Source: an uncultured Mycoplasmatota bacterium | GTDB taxonomy: Bacteria > Bacillota_I > Bacilli_A > RF39 > UBA660 | Assembly: GCA_948465965.1 (NCBI GenBank) | Contig: CAOJYR010000003.1 | Span: 8,660 to 72,659 of the forward strand | Length of the DNA: 64,000 bases | Direction: 5' to 3' | Shown here: positions 29,996-40,173 of the stretch, piece after piece | How the letters are laid out: each line of letters opens with the position of its first letter | Numbering within the stretch: position 1 is the first letter of the stretch | The notes under the pieces: generated by a model | What the model saw: the letters and a program-made list of their open reading frames with translations, nothing else | Databases searched by the model: none | Told to the model about the DNA's origin: nothing | Made by a program: the position numbers and the translations under genes

Positions 29996-30922
29996 TTAAT
30001 TTCTTCTATTTTTACTTACTAATTCCATTGTTTCTGTTAACTGTCTTATTCTTTCTATAATTCTTCTTGCCTTTACTTTATCAACACCTAATGTGGTTTG
30101 AGATAGAGAATGCTCTAGTTCTTCTAAAGTTAAATTTGAGGTAAAAAATGTAGGTAGATGTGACTCCATTCTATATTGCAAAATTGGACCTAGTATTTCA
30201 TCACGTGACCAATTACTACAATTTTCCGCTCCAATATCATCTAATAATAACAATGGTACTTTTTTTATGTAGTTAAACTTTTCGGTATAATCAGTCTGAA
30301 ATGATGCTTTTAGGTTTCTTAAAAACTCTGGATAATATATAAGGGCACATTTCACATTTTTTTTAGCCATCTCATTAAATAGTGAAGCTATTAAATATGT
30401 TTTTCCAGAGCCAAATGAACCTGTTAGATATATTCCTTTTGGTTTTTCTTCCTCATTATAATGATCTATGAATTCTTTAAAATATTTTATAATTGGAATA
30501 CGCATCTTATCATCTTTGTACATATTTTTAAATGATGCTTCTTTAATATCTTTAGGCATATCAAATAACTCAATATTTTCTTTATAACTGTTTGTTTTTA
30601 GTTCTTTTTGTTTTTTAGAGCAAGCAATATATGAAAATGTTATTAGGTTATTATCTTTCTCTGGGGTATATTTATATCCAAAGACTTTATTTTTACATGT
30701 AGAAAGACTTCTACACTTACTACAATTTTGCCATTCTATAAAACTATCTTCTAAGTTTGATGTATATTTCATCAGGATTTCCTCTTCCATATTTAGATCG
30801 TCTAAATAGCTTTTAAATTCTTTATTACTACAGGCATCTTGATAGTCATGAACAAGAGCAGTTCTATCTACTTTTTCAACTACATTATTTATATTTTTCA
30901 TTTTCATCACCCTACTCTTCAC
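29996..30922 (-). CDS. dnaI: Primosomal protein DnaI (replicative helicase loader)
   Basis: N-terminal zinc-binding Cys cluster (CSKCRSLSTCKN), Walker A GSFGSGKTYL and Walker B LLLDDIG. Size and architecture match DnaI. Confidence 0.8.
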   Translation of the reverse strand: MKSRVMKMKNINNVVEKVDRTALVHDYQDACSNKEFKSYLDDLNMEEEILMKYTSNLEDSFIEWQNCSKCRSLSTCKNKVFGYKYTPEKDNNLITFSYIACSKKQKELKTNSYKENIELFDMPKDIKEASFKNMYKDDKMRIPIIKYFKEFIDHYNEEEKPKGIYLTGSFGSGKTYLIASLFNEMAKKNVKCALIYYPEFLRNLKASFQTDYTEKFNYIKKVPLLLLDDIGAENCSNWSRDEILGPILQYRMESHLPTFFTSNLTLEELEHSLSQTTLGVDKVKARRIIERIRQLTETMELVSKNRRN

Positions 30923-30987
30923 ACAACAATCATTTCTCTCTTATTCTATCTAACTTCTTGAAAAAAGTCTACATCAAAATACTATTT

Positions 30988-33078
30988 TTATGACTTTTTA
31001 TCGGTAGTAATTTTATAATTATTTAAATTTATAGTAACTGTTCCTGTATTTATAGTTAGATAATAATTTATTGATAATCTGTTGAGCCTTTCTATAATTT
31101 CTTTTCTTGGGTGGTTAAATTTATTATCTTTTCCAGCTGATATTAAAGCAATCTTAGGATTTATTTTTCTTAAGAATTCCTCACCACTACTCGTTATTGA
31201 ACCATGATGTCCTATTTTTAGTATGTCTATTTCTTCTAACTCATATTTATCCATAATACTTTGCTCACTTTTAACACTTGCATCTGCCATGAATAGCATT
31301 TTTAAATCAGCATAAGTTACATAGTATATTGAACTACTATCATTTTCATCACCTAAATCAGTATTTATTTGTAAAAAGTTAAATCTACCCACTTGAAAGG
31401 TGGTATTTTCCTTTGCGATAGAAATATCTTTTGCTTGTTTTATAATTTGTTTTTCTAAATTATTTATACCTCCTTCATTAATATATACTTTTTCTATTTG
31501 GAAATTTTCTAGCAAAGTTATAGCTTCTTTTGCGTGATCTGCATCACCATGTGTTAAAAGAAGATAATCAACCTTTTTAATCCCTAAGCTTTTCAAAAGT
31601 GGTATAGTTGTAGTTTTTACTATTGATGATATATCCTTTGTTTGTTGCCAAGTTTCTTTTTTGAAGGTCATTTTACCACCTGTATCAATTATTGCTGTTT
31701 CATTGTTTGAATGAAGTAAAAAGGAGTCCCCCTGTCCTACATCTATCATTTTTATATAATTTCTGTTATCAATCAAGGGAAATAAATAATGACCAAGTAA
31801 TAGTACCAGTAATGGTACTATATAACTTTTCTTTTTTATTTTTATTCCCTTAAGAAATATAATAATGAGAATGTAGTAGATAAAATATAGACGTATATTC
31901 TCTTTAGGGAAAATAAATTTTAAGGTATTTACTTTATCTAAAAGAATGGAGCTATATTCCAACACTGAAGTGAAGAAATTATAGATTGGTTCCAATATTG
32001 GAATAATATATGTCATTAAAGATAAGGGAAAGATGACAACACTAATAAAGGGAACATAAAACAAGTTATAGATAATACTTAGTATATTTAATTGATAAAA
32101 ATTAAATAAGGTTATAGGTATACTAGTTATGAAGGACAACGTTGAAGTTGTGAACAGCTTCATTAGATAATGTTTATAATTATTTATAAACTCTCCCATC
32201 ATTAATAAAGTGAGACTAATGGTGAAAGAATACCAACACGCTACATCATAAATATAGAATGGGTTTAATAAAAGGGCTAGGTCTAATGTTATAAGAAAGA
32301 TATTTGTATTTTTTATATATAAATAATATATTTTATTTATGGCAAATAATAAAAAGAATAATACTCCTCTTAAGATAGAGGCTGATAGTCCTGTTAACAA
32401 CAAGTATAGTATTAAAACTATGCTTGTTATAAAATAACTTTTTTCTTCTTTTATCTTTAATTTCTTTAGTATTTTTAATAGAATGTTTCCAAGTAGGTTT
32501 ATATGCATTCCACTTATTGCGAATAAATGGCTAATTCCATTATTTTGATATGTAGAGATTATTGTGGTAGTTAGATATGATTTATCTCCTAAGATAAAGG
32601 TATATAAATATGGATTGTTATTTAGTCTATTTATAATTTTTTGTTTTATAAGGTAATAAATATTTTTGTTGGAAGATATTTTTTTAATATTAGCAATAGA
32701 TACTTGATAATAGATCTTTTTTCTTTCTAAATATTTTTTATAATTAAAAATATTTTTAGTCCCAGGAGGGTCTATCTTAGAGAAAACTCCTGTTATTTCT
32801 ACTTTGTCTCCTAGAAAAAAGGTTTCTTTATATTCCTTTAATTCCTCTTCTTTCTTAAAATAATATGTTGCGAGAAATTTTTCTTTTCCACGTAGAGTTA
32901 ATTCAAGCTTATTTCCATCTATGTATTGGTTTTGTATAGTAGCTTCTGTCCTTGTAGTAGAATCAGTATATTTACTTGGTAGATTTAAATTGATTCTTAT
33001 TAGTGATAAAAGTAAAATAAACAAGAATACCATTACATATAATTTATCACAAAGTAAGGCGGTCCTTAATCTTATCAA
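30988..33078 (-). CDS. comEC: DNA internalisation competence protein ComEC/Rec2
   Basis: Polytopic competence domain followed by a C-terminal metallo-beta-lactamase domain (LLLTHGDADH...GHHGS). It follows comEA. Confidence 0.85.
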   Translation of the reverse strand: MIRLRTALLCDKLYVMVFLFILLLSLIRINLNLPSKYTDSTTRTEATIQNQYIDGNKLELTLRGKEKFLATYYFKKEEELKEYKETFFLGDKVEITGVFSKIDPPGTKNIFNYKKYLERKKIYYQVSIANIKKISSNKNIYYLIKQKIINRLNNNPYLYTFILGDKSYLTTTIISTYQNNGISHLFAISGMHINLLGNILLKILKKLKIKEEKSYFITSIVLILYLLLTGLSASILRGVLFFLLFAINKIYYLYIKNTNIFLITLDLALLLNPFYIYDVACWYSFTISLTLLMMGEFINNYKHYLMKLFTTSTLSFITSIPITLFNFYQLNILSIIYNLFYVPFISVVIFPLSLMTYIIPILEPIYNFFTSVLEYSSILLDKVNTLKFIFPKENIRLYFIYYILIIIFLKGIKIKKKSYIVPLLVLLLGHYLFPLIDNRNYIKMIDVGQGDSFLLHSNNETAIIDTGGKMTFKKETWQQTKDISSIVKTTTIPLLKSLGIKKVDYLLLTHGDADHAKEAITLLENFQIEKVYINEGGINNLEKQIIKQAKDISIAKENTTFQVGRFNFLQINTDLGDENDSSSIYYVTYADLKMLFMADASVKSEQSIMDKYELEEIDILKIGHHGSITSSGEEFLRKINPKIALISAGKDNKFNHPRKEIIERLNRLSINYYLTINTGTVTINLNNYKITTDKKS

Positions 33079-33745
33079 AAATGGAATCTCCTATCCCTTT
33101 CACATTTTTTAACTCATCAATCGTTTTAAAACCGCCATTGGAATTACGATAAGAAATTATATCATTAGCTTTAGCTTCTCCTACTCCACTTAGCGTCATT
33201 AACTCTTCAACTGTAGCATTATTTAGTGATATTTTGGAAGTAGAAGAAGTATTTTTATCACTATTATCGCTATCAATACAAGCATCATTCGTTAAGGAAT
33301 TACTATCAGGCTTTTTACATTGTTCATTAAGATATATCTCCAGCTCTTTTGTTTCTTTAAATTTTCTAATCTCATAATTACTATAAATTATTATAACCAT
33401 CTCATCAGTTATCTTTTTACTTAAATTAATAACTGTCGTATTGGCATTCTCAGTTAGTCCCCCAGCCTGATTAATCACATCTATTATACGAGAATCCTTT
33501 TTTAGTGTATATATTCCTGGATTATTTATTTCTCCTTTAATGTCAACTATATATTCTTCTTTTTCTTTGGATTCACTTTTTTGCTTTGGTTCTTCTTTTT
33601 TAGAAAGCAGCATCTCTTTTTTATCAGTCTTTGTGTTTTTATTCTTAGAAAATGTTATAATCACAAAGGATGAAATACTGCTTATCAATAATAAAATAGT
33701 TATACAAATTATGATTTGTTTTCTATAACGATATCTAAAAGTAAT
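33047..33745 (-). CDS. comEA: Competence protein ComEA (SLBB domain plus tandem helix-hairpin-helix DNA-binding domain). The start is probably a non-canonical AUU codon 57 nt upstream of the ORF-track TTG.
   Basis: C-terminal LSGVGEAKANDIISYRNSNGGFKTIDELKNVKGIGDSIFDKIK is the HhH domain. A perfect AGGAGGTG SD lies 7 nt before an in-frame ATT. The extension gives the expected signal anchor (RYRYRKQ followed by a TM helix). There is no SD before the annotated TTG. Confidence 0.75.
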   Translation of the reverse strand: MTFRYRYRKQIIICITILLLISSISSFVIITFSKNKNTKTDKKEMLLSKKEEPKQKSESKEKEEYIVDIKGEINNPGIYTLKKDSRIIDVINQAGGLTENANTTVINLSKKITDEMVIIIYSNYEIRKFKETKELEIYLNEQCKKPDSNSLTNDACIDSDNSDKNTSSTSKISLNNATVEELMTLSGVGEAKANDIISYRNSNGGFKTIDELKNVKGIGDSIFDKIKDRLTL

Positions 33746-33790
33746 GATTACACCTCCTCATTTAAATTATTATAAAAAAAAAGAAAACTT

Positions 33791-34891
33791 CTAGACTTTT
33801 CTTGTTGTTTTTATTAATTTTTTTGGTTTTTCCTGATCTTCTATATTATTTATATATTCTTCTACTTTTTGCATTAGTATTTCTTCAATCTCTAAGATAT
33901 CATTCACACCTTCAATTCTAGTAGCTGCACTTTCTGGGCTTCCTCCACCATTCATATTACTCATGATTTTTCCAACGTCAATATCACTTCTACTTCTAGC
34001 ACTAATTGATACTACATTTTCATTTACATATCCAACTACGAATGCCGCATCTATTTCAAATTTTAACATTTTATCAGATGCTTTGGCTATGTCAACCTTT
34101 TTGTAAATCGTGTCTGGCGATTTTCTATTTAAAGTAAAGGTGACGTTATACTCGTTAAGTAATGAATAGGCAATCGTCTTAAAAATAGTATTACCTTCTG
34201 GATAAATAAGTAAAGATATCCTTCCTTCATCATCAAACTTCCTTAAAAATAGATCATTAACATATTTGGTATCTGCTCCCATACGAATTAGTTTTTTACT
34301 GATATCATGTGTTGTATCAGTTGCATTTCTTACATATCTTCCACTATCTAGAATAATCCCAGCAAGTAAGTAATTAGCTATTTCCTTATTATACTTTGTT
34401 TTTGCAGCATTTAACACTAAAGCAATCATTTCACTGGCACTGGATACTTTAGTATTAATGTATTTTTTCTCTGTTTGTATAGTATTGTCATCTTCATTAT
34501 GATGATCTATTATAATAATATCTTTGAACGAATCAAGATAGTCTTTTACTGATATTCGATTTACTTTATTTACATCAGTAGTAATCAAAATGGAATTTTT
34601 ATCTTTTAATTTCTTAAATTCTTCTAAATTAATGATATTGTGTACTTCTTTATTATCATCAATTATTTTTTTTACACCTGGCTCTAATTCAATATCTGCA
34701 TCATTTACAATTATGTAGGATTCTTTTTCTAAGAACTTACATAATGTTGATATGCCTAGGGCAGAACCTATCGCATCATAGTCTGGTACGTCATGACTTA
34801 CTATAAATACTTTTGCAGAATCATTAATTGCAGTTTCTAACATCTCTTTAATCTCTTTTATATCTTTGAGCTTTATACCTATTTCACCCAT
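33791..34891 (-). CDS. nrnA: DHH-family phosphoesterase (NrnA-like bifunctional oligoribonuclease/pAp phosphatase)
   Basis: Motif DHH (IIIDHHN) with a DHHA1-like C-terminus (GGGSPESAA). Start trimmed to the ATG with an AGAGGAGA SD (MGEIGIK...). Confidence 0.75.
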   Translation of the reverse strand: MGEIGIKLKDIKEIKEMLETAINDSAKVFIVSHDVPDYDAIGSALGISTLCKFLEKESYIIVNDADIELEPGVKKIIDDNKEVHNIINLEEFKKLKDKNSILITTDVNKVNRISVKDYLDSFKDIIIIDHHNEDDNTIQTEKKYINTKVSSASEMIALVLNAAKTKYNKEIANYLLAGIILDSGRYVRNATDTTHDISKKLIRMGADTKYVNDLFLRKFDDEGRISLLIYPEGNTIFKTIAYSLLNEYNVTFTLNRKSPDTIYKKVDIAKASDKMLKFEIDAAFVVGYVNENVVSISARSRSDIDVGKIMSNMNGGGSPESAATRIEGVNDILEIEEILMQKVEEYINNIEDQEKPKKLIKTTRKV

Positions 34892-35011
34892 ACTAACGTC
34901 TCCTCTTTTAATGAGCATTATTCTACTACAGGAAATTCTAAAAGTCAATTTTTTCTAATATTAAAAGCTACACCCCTGATGTAGCTTAATTTGTATTTTA
35001 TTACTTCGTTA

Positions 35012-36385
35012 TTATTCCACTATGTAAGGACTTGTTGCTGTTCCATCACCTGATGTGTATTTAGTCCCTGCTTTTAAAGATAACATGGGCCGCACCCCAT
35101 ACTGAAACGATGAAACCGGTGAAGATGATAATTTCCCGTTATTTGTAACTATGTAGTTGTTTAAGGAACTCGAAATCTGAAATGGTGTATTTGTCCAAAA
35201 ATTACTTCCTGTTGTTAAGTATGATGAGGAATCACCATTAACACCATTTCCAGCAAGTGTCGCTTCATCTGCAGTAATTAATCCTACTGGATATGTTAAT
35301 AAACCATTTCCATTTTCTGTACTGACAGTAAATTTATCTGTATTATTTACATACTCAAGATTTGGTGAATATGTAGTATTATTTCTATTATATCCGTTAA
35401 ACTTAAGGCTTGCGGTACCCATATTCATAGAATTAGGGGTATCTTTATCAAAACCACCATATGAAAATATAGATCTATCATTATACCATATGGCATCTTC
35501 CAATTGATCTGTATAATTATTAAGAAATTCGAGATACCACTCGTCAAGGAATTTTTTTATTGTTGATGATGTATCTTGTGTGTATGTGTCTCCCTTTACC
35601 ATATTTTGTAACGTAAGTAATGGTTGACCATTTTCAAGTGGTATCTCATAAGAGTATAATGTTCCTCCTGCATTTAGTACATATATCATATAATAGACTG
35701 GATTACAATTATCACTAGTGGAATGACAAGTATAGTGATACTTACTACCAATAGTTGCATAGTCGGTAGCCCATCCATTCGTTGAAGTAAAAGTATCTGA
35801 CAGCGTATAACCTCCGGCCCCCGTATAAGATGCTGAATTACCATATATTACGCCAATACTTTCACTATTAGCTATTGGTCTACTAGTAATAGAATTGGCC
35901 TTACCATAATACATATAACCATTTTGAGTAATTATTGGTCCTGGAGCGTTATATAAACTCTTTCCTGCTTGACTAGCTTCACCTGTATTATTACAACTTC
36001 CATCCGCTGCAGGTGTTCCATTATAAATTAGTTTTACTCCACCAGTTTCGGTAGTCCTTACTATCTTCCAACAAAAATTTGCAAACTTAACATTATTGTT
36101 AGTAACCTCTCCTCTATAATAATAAACTGGATTAGTGTTATCTTTGGTGCTATCCATTTCGTATATTCCGGCTGTTATACTAGGTGAGGAAAAGTCAATA
36201 CCAGTATCTAAAGTTGAATTTCTTGCCATTAGATTATAAATTGTTTTATCTTTTTTTACTGTAACCTTACCATTGAAAGCTAAAGAGGAACTTAGGTATG
36301 CATACCCTAATCCTAAACTAATAAATAGGACAAACATTATAATTACATAGATTTTCTTTTTATTTAATATATTTATTCTATTCAT
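35012..36385 (-). CDS. Secreted protein C (457 aa) with a SipW-cognate-type signal peptide (…LGLGYA|YLSSSL). The mature domain is unrelated to proteins A and B.
   Basis: Its N-terminus shares the KK-hydrophobic-G-Y-A/S-(A/Y)-L-S pattern of the two neighbouring paralogues. This resembles the TasA/CalY signal peptides (GGGTWA|AFND, GGGTFA|YFSD). It lies in the same operon orientation as the SipW-like gene. Confidence 0.55.
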   Translation of the reverse strand: MNRINILNKKKIYVIIMFVLFISLGLGYAYLSSSLAFNGKVTVKKDKTIYNLMARNSTLDTGIDFSSPSITAGIYEMDSTKDNTNPVYYYRGEVTNNNVKFANFCWKIVRTTETGGVKLIYNGTPAADGSCNNTGEASQAGKSLYNAPGPIITQNGYMYYGKANSITSRPIANSESIGVIYGNSASYTGAGGYTLSDTFTSTNGWATDYATIGSKYHYTCHSTSDNCNPVYYMIYVLNAGGTLYSYEIPLENGQPLLTLQNMVKGDTYTQDTSSTIKKFLDEWYLEFLNNYTDQLEDAIWYNDRSIFSYGGFDKDTPNSMNMGTASLKFNGYNRNNTTYSPNLEYVNNTDKFTVSTENGNGLLTYPVGLITADEATLAGNGVNGDSSSYLTTGSNFWTNTPFQISSSLNNYIVTNNGKLSSSPVSSFQYGVRPMLSLKAGTKYTSGDGTATSPYIVE

Positions 36386-36405
36386 AACTATTCCTTTCTA
36401 TATAA

Positions 36406-37656
36406 TTAATAATTCATCATAGTCTTTGGCACTTCTATTACTGGGCGAACTCCATTTCCGCCCCAAGTACTTCCAGCGGTTAAGATGCTATTGGGACGCG
36501 TTACTATATAAACATAAGAGCTATTACCTTGATAATTTTCTAGCCAATATCCAATAAGTGCACCCTCGGCTGGGATATTCTCTAATAGATATTTACAATC
36601 ATCCAAAGTTACGTTTCCATAATCATCGGTTCCTTTACATACTTTTTTCACCTCTTGTAGAGTTATGAGTCTTGCGGCATAACCTTCATAACTAAAGTTA
36701 TTTACTTTCACTTCTCCATTTTCATTTATTATATCCCTTGTTGTATTTGATAAGCTTATATTGGTCCATTGCGTTGTCGTTGGCAGTTGTTTCATTGCAG
36801 TTTCTGGTCCTCGTAATGATCCTACTGTATTATATGGAAAGTGATCTGTATTATTTGGCATTCCTGATGATACATTGCTGTAATAGATTAATGTTGCATA
36901 ATTATTATTCGTATTTAAATCAGTAATATAATAGAATCTTTCTGTAGCAGAATCATATATACCATCCCCATTCACATCACAGTCAAAGGCGTCGCCACCC
37001 GCTAATGTTCCTATGTTACCTAAAGATCCATATGTATTATCTCCAGAGACGTGTAGCGATGTTGCCCTTTTGCATACAGTGTGTGCTACTGCTAAAGCAC
37101 TATCGTCAGCTTGAACATATATTAAGTTTAGTTGTAACTCTAGATATTGATCTTCTCCTGGTAAATCAGCGGCAGTAATATCGTCTTTATATTTTACTTT
37201 TACCTTTACCGTATCTTTTGTTGTAGCCTTTAATAAATCTTTTTCTTTAATAAGGGTACCATCTGCATATGTTACAGTATAATCAAGAAATCTTGATTGG
37301 TCTTCTGTTAATCCTGTATTAACCAAGCTTCCTATCATAGCATCTATACTTCCTGCATTAACAACATCTATTGTAAACTCGTAAAAATCCCCTGGATTTT
37401 CTAGTGCAACTTCAAAATTTACTAAGGTGGAATTGTTTTCTATAGTAGAAGTGGCTGCAACGCTTCCCTCTGTTGGAATTAAATTTTCAAAGTGAACATC
37501 CCAAGTGGATTTCGTAATTGTAGTTGTTCCAGAAATACTTAATGTACTGTTTAGGTATGAATAACCAACACCTATTAAGATTGATAGAACGAATATAAAA
37601 CTAAGATATATATTTTGCTTACTATATCTAATTAAATTTTTTCTTCTTATTCTCAT
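36406..37656 (-). CDS. Secreted protein B (416 aa). It has a TasA/camelysin-like N-terminal domain paralogous to protein A plus a C-terminal extension, with a SipW-cognate signal peptide (…IGVGYS|YLNSTL).
   Basis: After the predicted cleavage site it aligns with protein A over about 170 aa, for example TKSTWDVHFENL and LENPGDFYEFTIDVVNAG. This echoes TasA LKPGDKLTKDFQFENNG. Confidence 0.55.
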   Translation of the reverse strand: MRIRRKNLIRYSKQNIYLSFIFVLSILIGVGYSYLNSTLSISGTTTITKSTWDVHFENLIPTEGSVAATSTIENNSTLVNFEVALENPGDFYEFTIDVVNAGSIDAMIGSLVNTGLTEDQSRFLDYTVTYADGTLIKEKDLLKATTKDTVKVKVKYKDDITAADLPGEDQYLELQLNLIYVQADDSALAVAHTVCKRATSLHVSGDNTYGSLGNIGTLAGGDAFDCDVNGDGIYDSATERFYYITDLNTNNNYATLIYYSNVSSGMPNNTDHFPYNTVGSLRGPETAMKQLPTTTQWTNISLSNTTRDIINENGEVKVNNFSYEGYAARLITLQEVKKVCKGTDDYGNVTLDDCKYLLENIPAEGALIGYWLENYQGNSSYVYIVTRPNSILTAGSTWGGNGVRPVIEVPKTMMNY

Positions 37657-37673
37657 TATTACAACTCCTCTTT

Positions 37674-38363
37674 TTATATAATTTCATCAAATTCTTCTTG
37701 TTCTTCTTTTGGTACAGATTCTATTATAGGGCTATTTATATTTTTTATCTCTTCATCTATAGTATTAGTAGAATTGTTTTCTTCTATGATTTCTTGCTCT
37801 ATGGGGGTATTTACTTTTAAATATTTTTCATCTATAACATTTAGAGAGGTATTTGTTTCTAACAACTTTGCACTTCTTGCATTATCAATGAGATTTTCTA
37901 TATTCTCCTTTCTTCCTTTAATAAATGCTTCAATGGGTAATTCCTCTTCTTTATTTAACTTTAATATATATACACATGCATCTTGATTATCTAATAATAT
38001 AAAAATACAATTATCTTCACTTGTTTTATAATATATAGGTTTCCTTATTTCTACTGAAGCATCAATCATATCTTCTATGTTTGTTATTAACATAATATTT
38101 TTATCTTCAATATTAGGTGTAGTGCTAGTTTCTACTAAAATAGCATCATATTTTTTTAGTATTTGCTTCAATTCATGATTGTATTGAGATTCCTCATCAG
38201 TCTTTTTCAAAATGCTTGATAACAGTATGATAAATAATATAACAGTTAATGTTATAAATATTATTGCATATCCCGTTAAATTATTTATCAGTAAATAATA
38301 CGATAACCCTAGCGAGGCTAAAATCATTATTAAATTCATTATAATTTTTGTTGTTTTCTTCAT
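37674..38363 (-). CDS. Hypothetical membrane protein (2 TM plus a cytoplasmic or extracellular domain), in the same operon as the SipW-like peptidase
   Basis: Two N-terminal hydrophobic helices followed by an acidic C-terminal domain. It occupies the position TapA holds in tapA-sipW-tasA-type operons, but is not recognisably similar to TapA. Confidence 0.4.
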   Translation of the reverse strand: MKKTTKIIMNLIMILASLGLSYYLLINNLTGYAIIFITLTVILFIILLSSILKKTDEESQYNHELKQILKKYDAILVETSTTPNIEDKNIMLITNIEDMIDASVEIRKPIYYKTSEDNCIFILLDNQDACVYILKLNKEEELPIEAFIKGRKENIENLIDNARSAKLLETNTSLNVIDEKYLKVNTPIEQEIIEENNSTNTIDEEIKNINSPIIESVPKEEQEEFDEII

Positions 38364-38379
38364 ACCTTTTTACTCCTTT

Positions 38380-39543
38380 TTATTTTATTTTTTCTGAAAA
38401 GTAGATACTTGGATATGCTATATATGGAATTTTAAATTTTACAATTCCTTTTATATCCTCTAGTTTTATATCAACATTATCCCTAGTGTTGTTAGCATCT
38501 CCTTTGGTTCTATAATATACATTGCTTCCCTTTTTTTCAATTTCTACTAATCTATGTACTATATTTTTCCCATTATTATTATAGACTATAACAATTCCTT
38601 CTTTTAAATCCTTTTTACTTTTTATTTTTTCAACGATTACAGCATCACCTTTATTTATTTTTGGAGTCATAGATTCTGAACCTATTCCTATTATATAATG
38701 AGGAAAATAACCTGAAACTAGGCAAACTAATAATAATATAAAGGCTATGACTGGGATATCTGTTACTTTAAAGATATTTTTTTGAAATTCATATTCTACT
38801 CCATTATTGTGTTCATTAATAATTCTAGAGGCGTATATATAAATGATAAATGGTAGACAAATCCCAATCATCGAATTTAAATATTCTCCTAAATTTGGAA
38901 CGATTGGCATTACAAATACATATAGATCCATTACAAGTCTATATATTAGTGCAGGTTTATAACCAGTGTGCAAAGTTAGGTAGCTTAACACACAGTTTTT
39001 TACTATTATGGGCAAAACAATAGAGGCTGATATTTTAAACACTTCAGCTAAATCATTAAAATTTATTGTTTTAATACTTGTTGATAGTTCCAATAGTATA
39101 ATTGCTATAGTAATTAATATGATAATTTTTTTACTGTTTTTATTTGATTTTATTGTGATATATCTAAACAGTTCTGTTGCAATTATTATTATAATGGGCG
39201 CAAATATATTATTTATAATCGAATACAGAGTTAATGAATATGAATTTTTTAGATAACCTACAATTAATCCAATACCATAAGAAACAGAAAAGAATAGCAA
39301 GATTTGTGTTAGTGTGATTATATTCACTTTCTTTTTTGTAGGTGTTATTTTGTCTTTTTGAAATCCTAGTAAATGGATACCTATAAAAACAAAAATCATT
39401 AATACAGCTGCATTAATAAACTCTATATATTTTAGGAAATTTTCTACTATAAATAATCTATATATTATAATATAGATTACTAATGCCATTATCAAGATAT
39501 AATTCTTTATCTTTTTAGAATTAGTCATAATATCCACTCCCAT
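38380..39543 (-). CDS. sipW: Archaeal/ER-type signal peptidase I (SipW-like catalytic domain) fused to an 8-TM N-terminal membrane domain of about 290 aa
   Basis: The C-terminal ~95 aa carry the motifs IGSESMTPKINKGDAVIV (SMxP catalytic Ser), IVHRLV (His) and TKGDANN (GDN). The preceding ~290 aa are 8 hydrophobic helices not found in canonical SipW (about 190 aa). Confidence 0.65.
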   Translation of the reverse strand: MGVDIMTNSKKIKNYILIMALVIYIIIYRLFIVENFLKYIEFINAAVLMIFVFIGIHLLGFQKDKITPTKKKVNIITLTQILLFFSVSYGIGLIVGYLKNSYSLTLYSIINNIFAPIIIIIATELFRYITIKSNKNSKKIIILITIAIILLELSTSIKTINFNDLAEVFKISASIVLPIIVKNCVLSYLTLHTGYKPALIYRLVMDLYVFVMPIVPNLGEYLNSMIGICLPFIIYIYASRIINEHNNGVEYEFQKNIFKVTDIPVIAFILLLVCLVSGYFPHYIIGIGSESMTPKINKGDAVIVEKIKSKKDLKEGIVIVYNNNGKNIVHRLVEIEKKGSNVYYRTKGDANNTRDNVDIKLEDIKGIVKFKIPYIAYPSIYFSEKIK

Positions 39544-39630
39544 TTGATTGTTATTGTTCTTATATATACTAAAAAAATTTAGTATATATAAGAAAAAAAC
39601 AAGATACTGTTCATATGATTAGTAGCTGTT

Positions 39631-40173
39631 TTATCCCTGAATAAAGTTCATAGCAAATGTTAATTCAACATTTTGAGGTTCTGTTGGCAGTTGATCTGCT
39701 GCTACATTTTTGTTATATTCAACCCTTACTTTTAATGTTTTCTTAGCGCCTGATGCTAATGCATCGTTTGCTTGAACTGGTGTACCATCACTATATGTTG
39801 CTGTATAATTCGTATAAACCTTCTGATCAGTTGATAGTCCTGCTAGTGTTGGAGTAGTAGCTATTTTAGCAGGAATAGTTCCACCATTTTTAACATCTAC
39901 TGTAAATTCATAGAAATCACCAGGTTTTTCTAATGTAACGGTATAATTGATGTTTGTTTTTTGCCCATCTACTGCAGCTTCTGTTGTTGCTTCTACACTA
40001 CCAGTAGTTACTTGAAGGTTCTCAAAATGTACATCCCAACTCGATTTTCCAATTGTTGTATTACCAGTAATATTTAATGTAGCTGATAAAGCAGCATATC
40101 CAATGCTTATTCCTACAACTAACAATAATATTGCTATGATTACATAATTCTTTTTTTCTTTTTTATTATCCAT
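39631..40173 (-). CDS. Secreted protein A (180 aa), a TasA/camelysin-like putative fibre subunit with a SipW-cognate signal peptide (…ISIGYA|ALSATLNITG)
   Basis: Start trimmed to MDNKKEKKNYVII with an AAAGGAGA SD. The mature domain (SSWDVHFENL...LEKPGDFYEFTVDVKNGG) is paralogous to protein B. Confidence 0.55.
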   Translation of the reverse strand: MDNKKEKKNYVIIAILLLVVGISIGYAALSATLNITGNTTIGKSSWDVHFENLQVTTGSVEATTEAAVDGQKTNINYTVTLEKPGDFYEFTVDVKNGGTIPAKIATTPTLAGLSTDQKVYTNYTATYSDGTPVQANDALASGAKKTLKVRVEYNKNVAADQLPTEPQNVELTFAMNFIQG

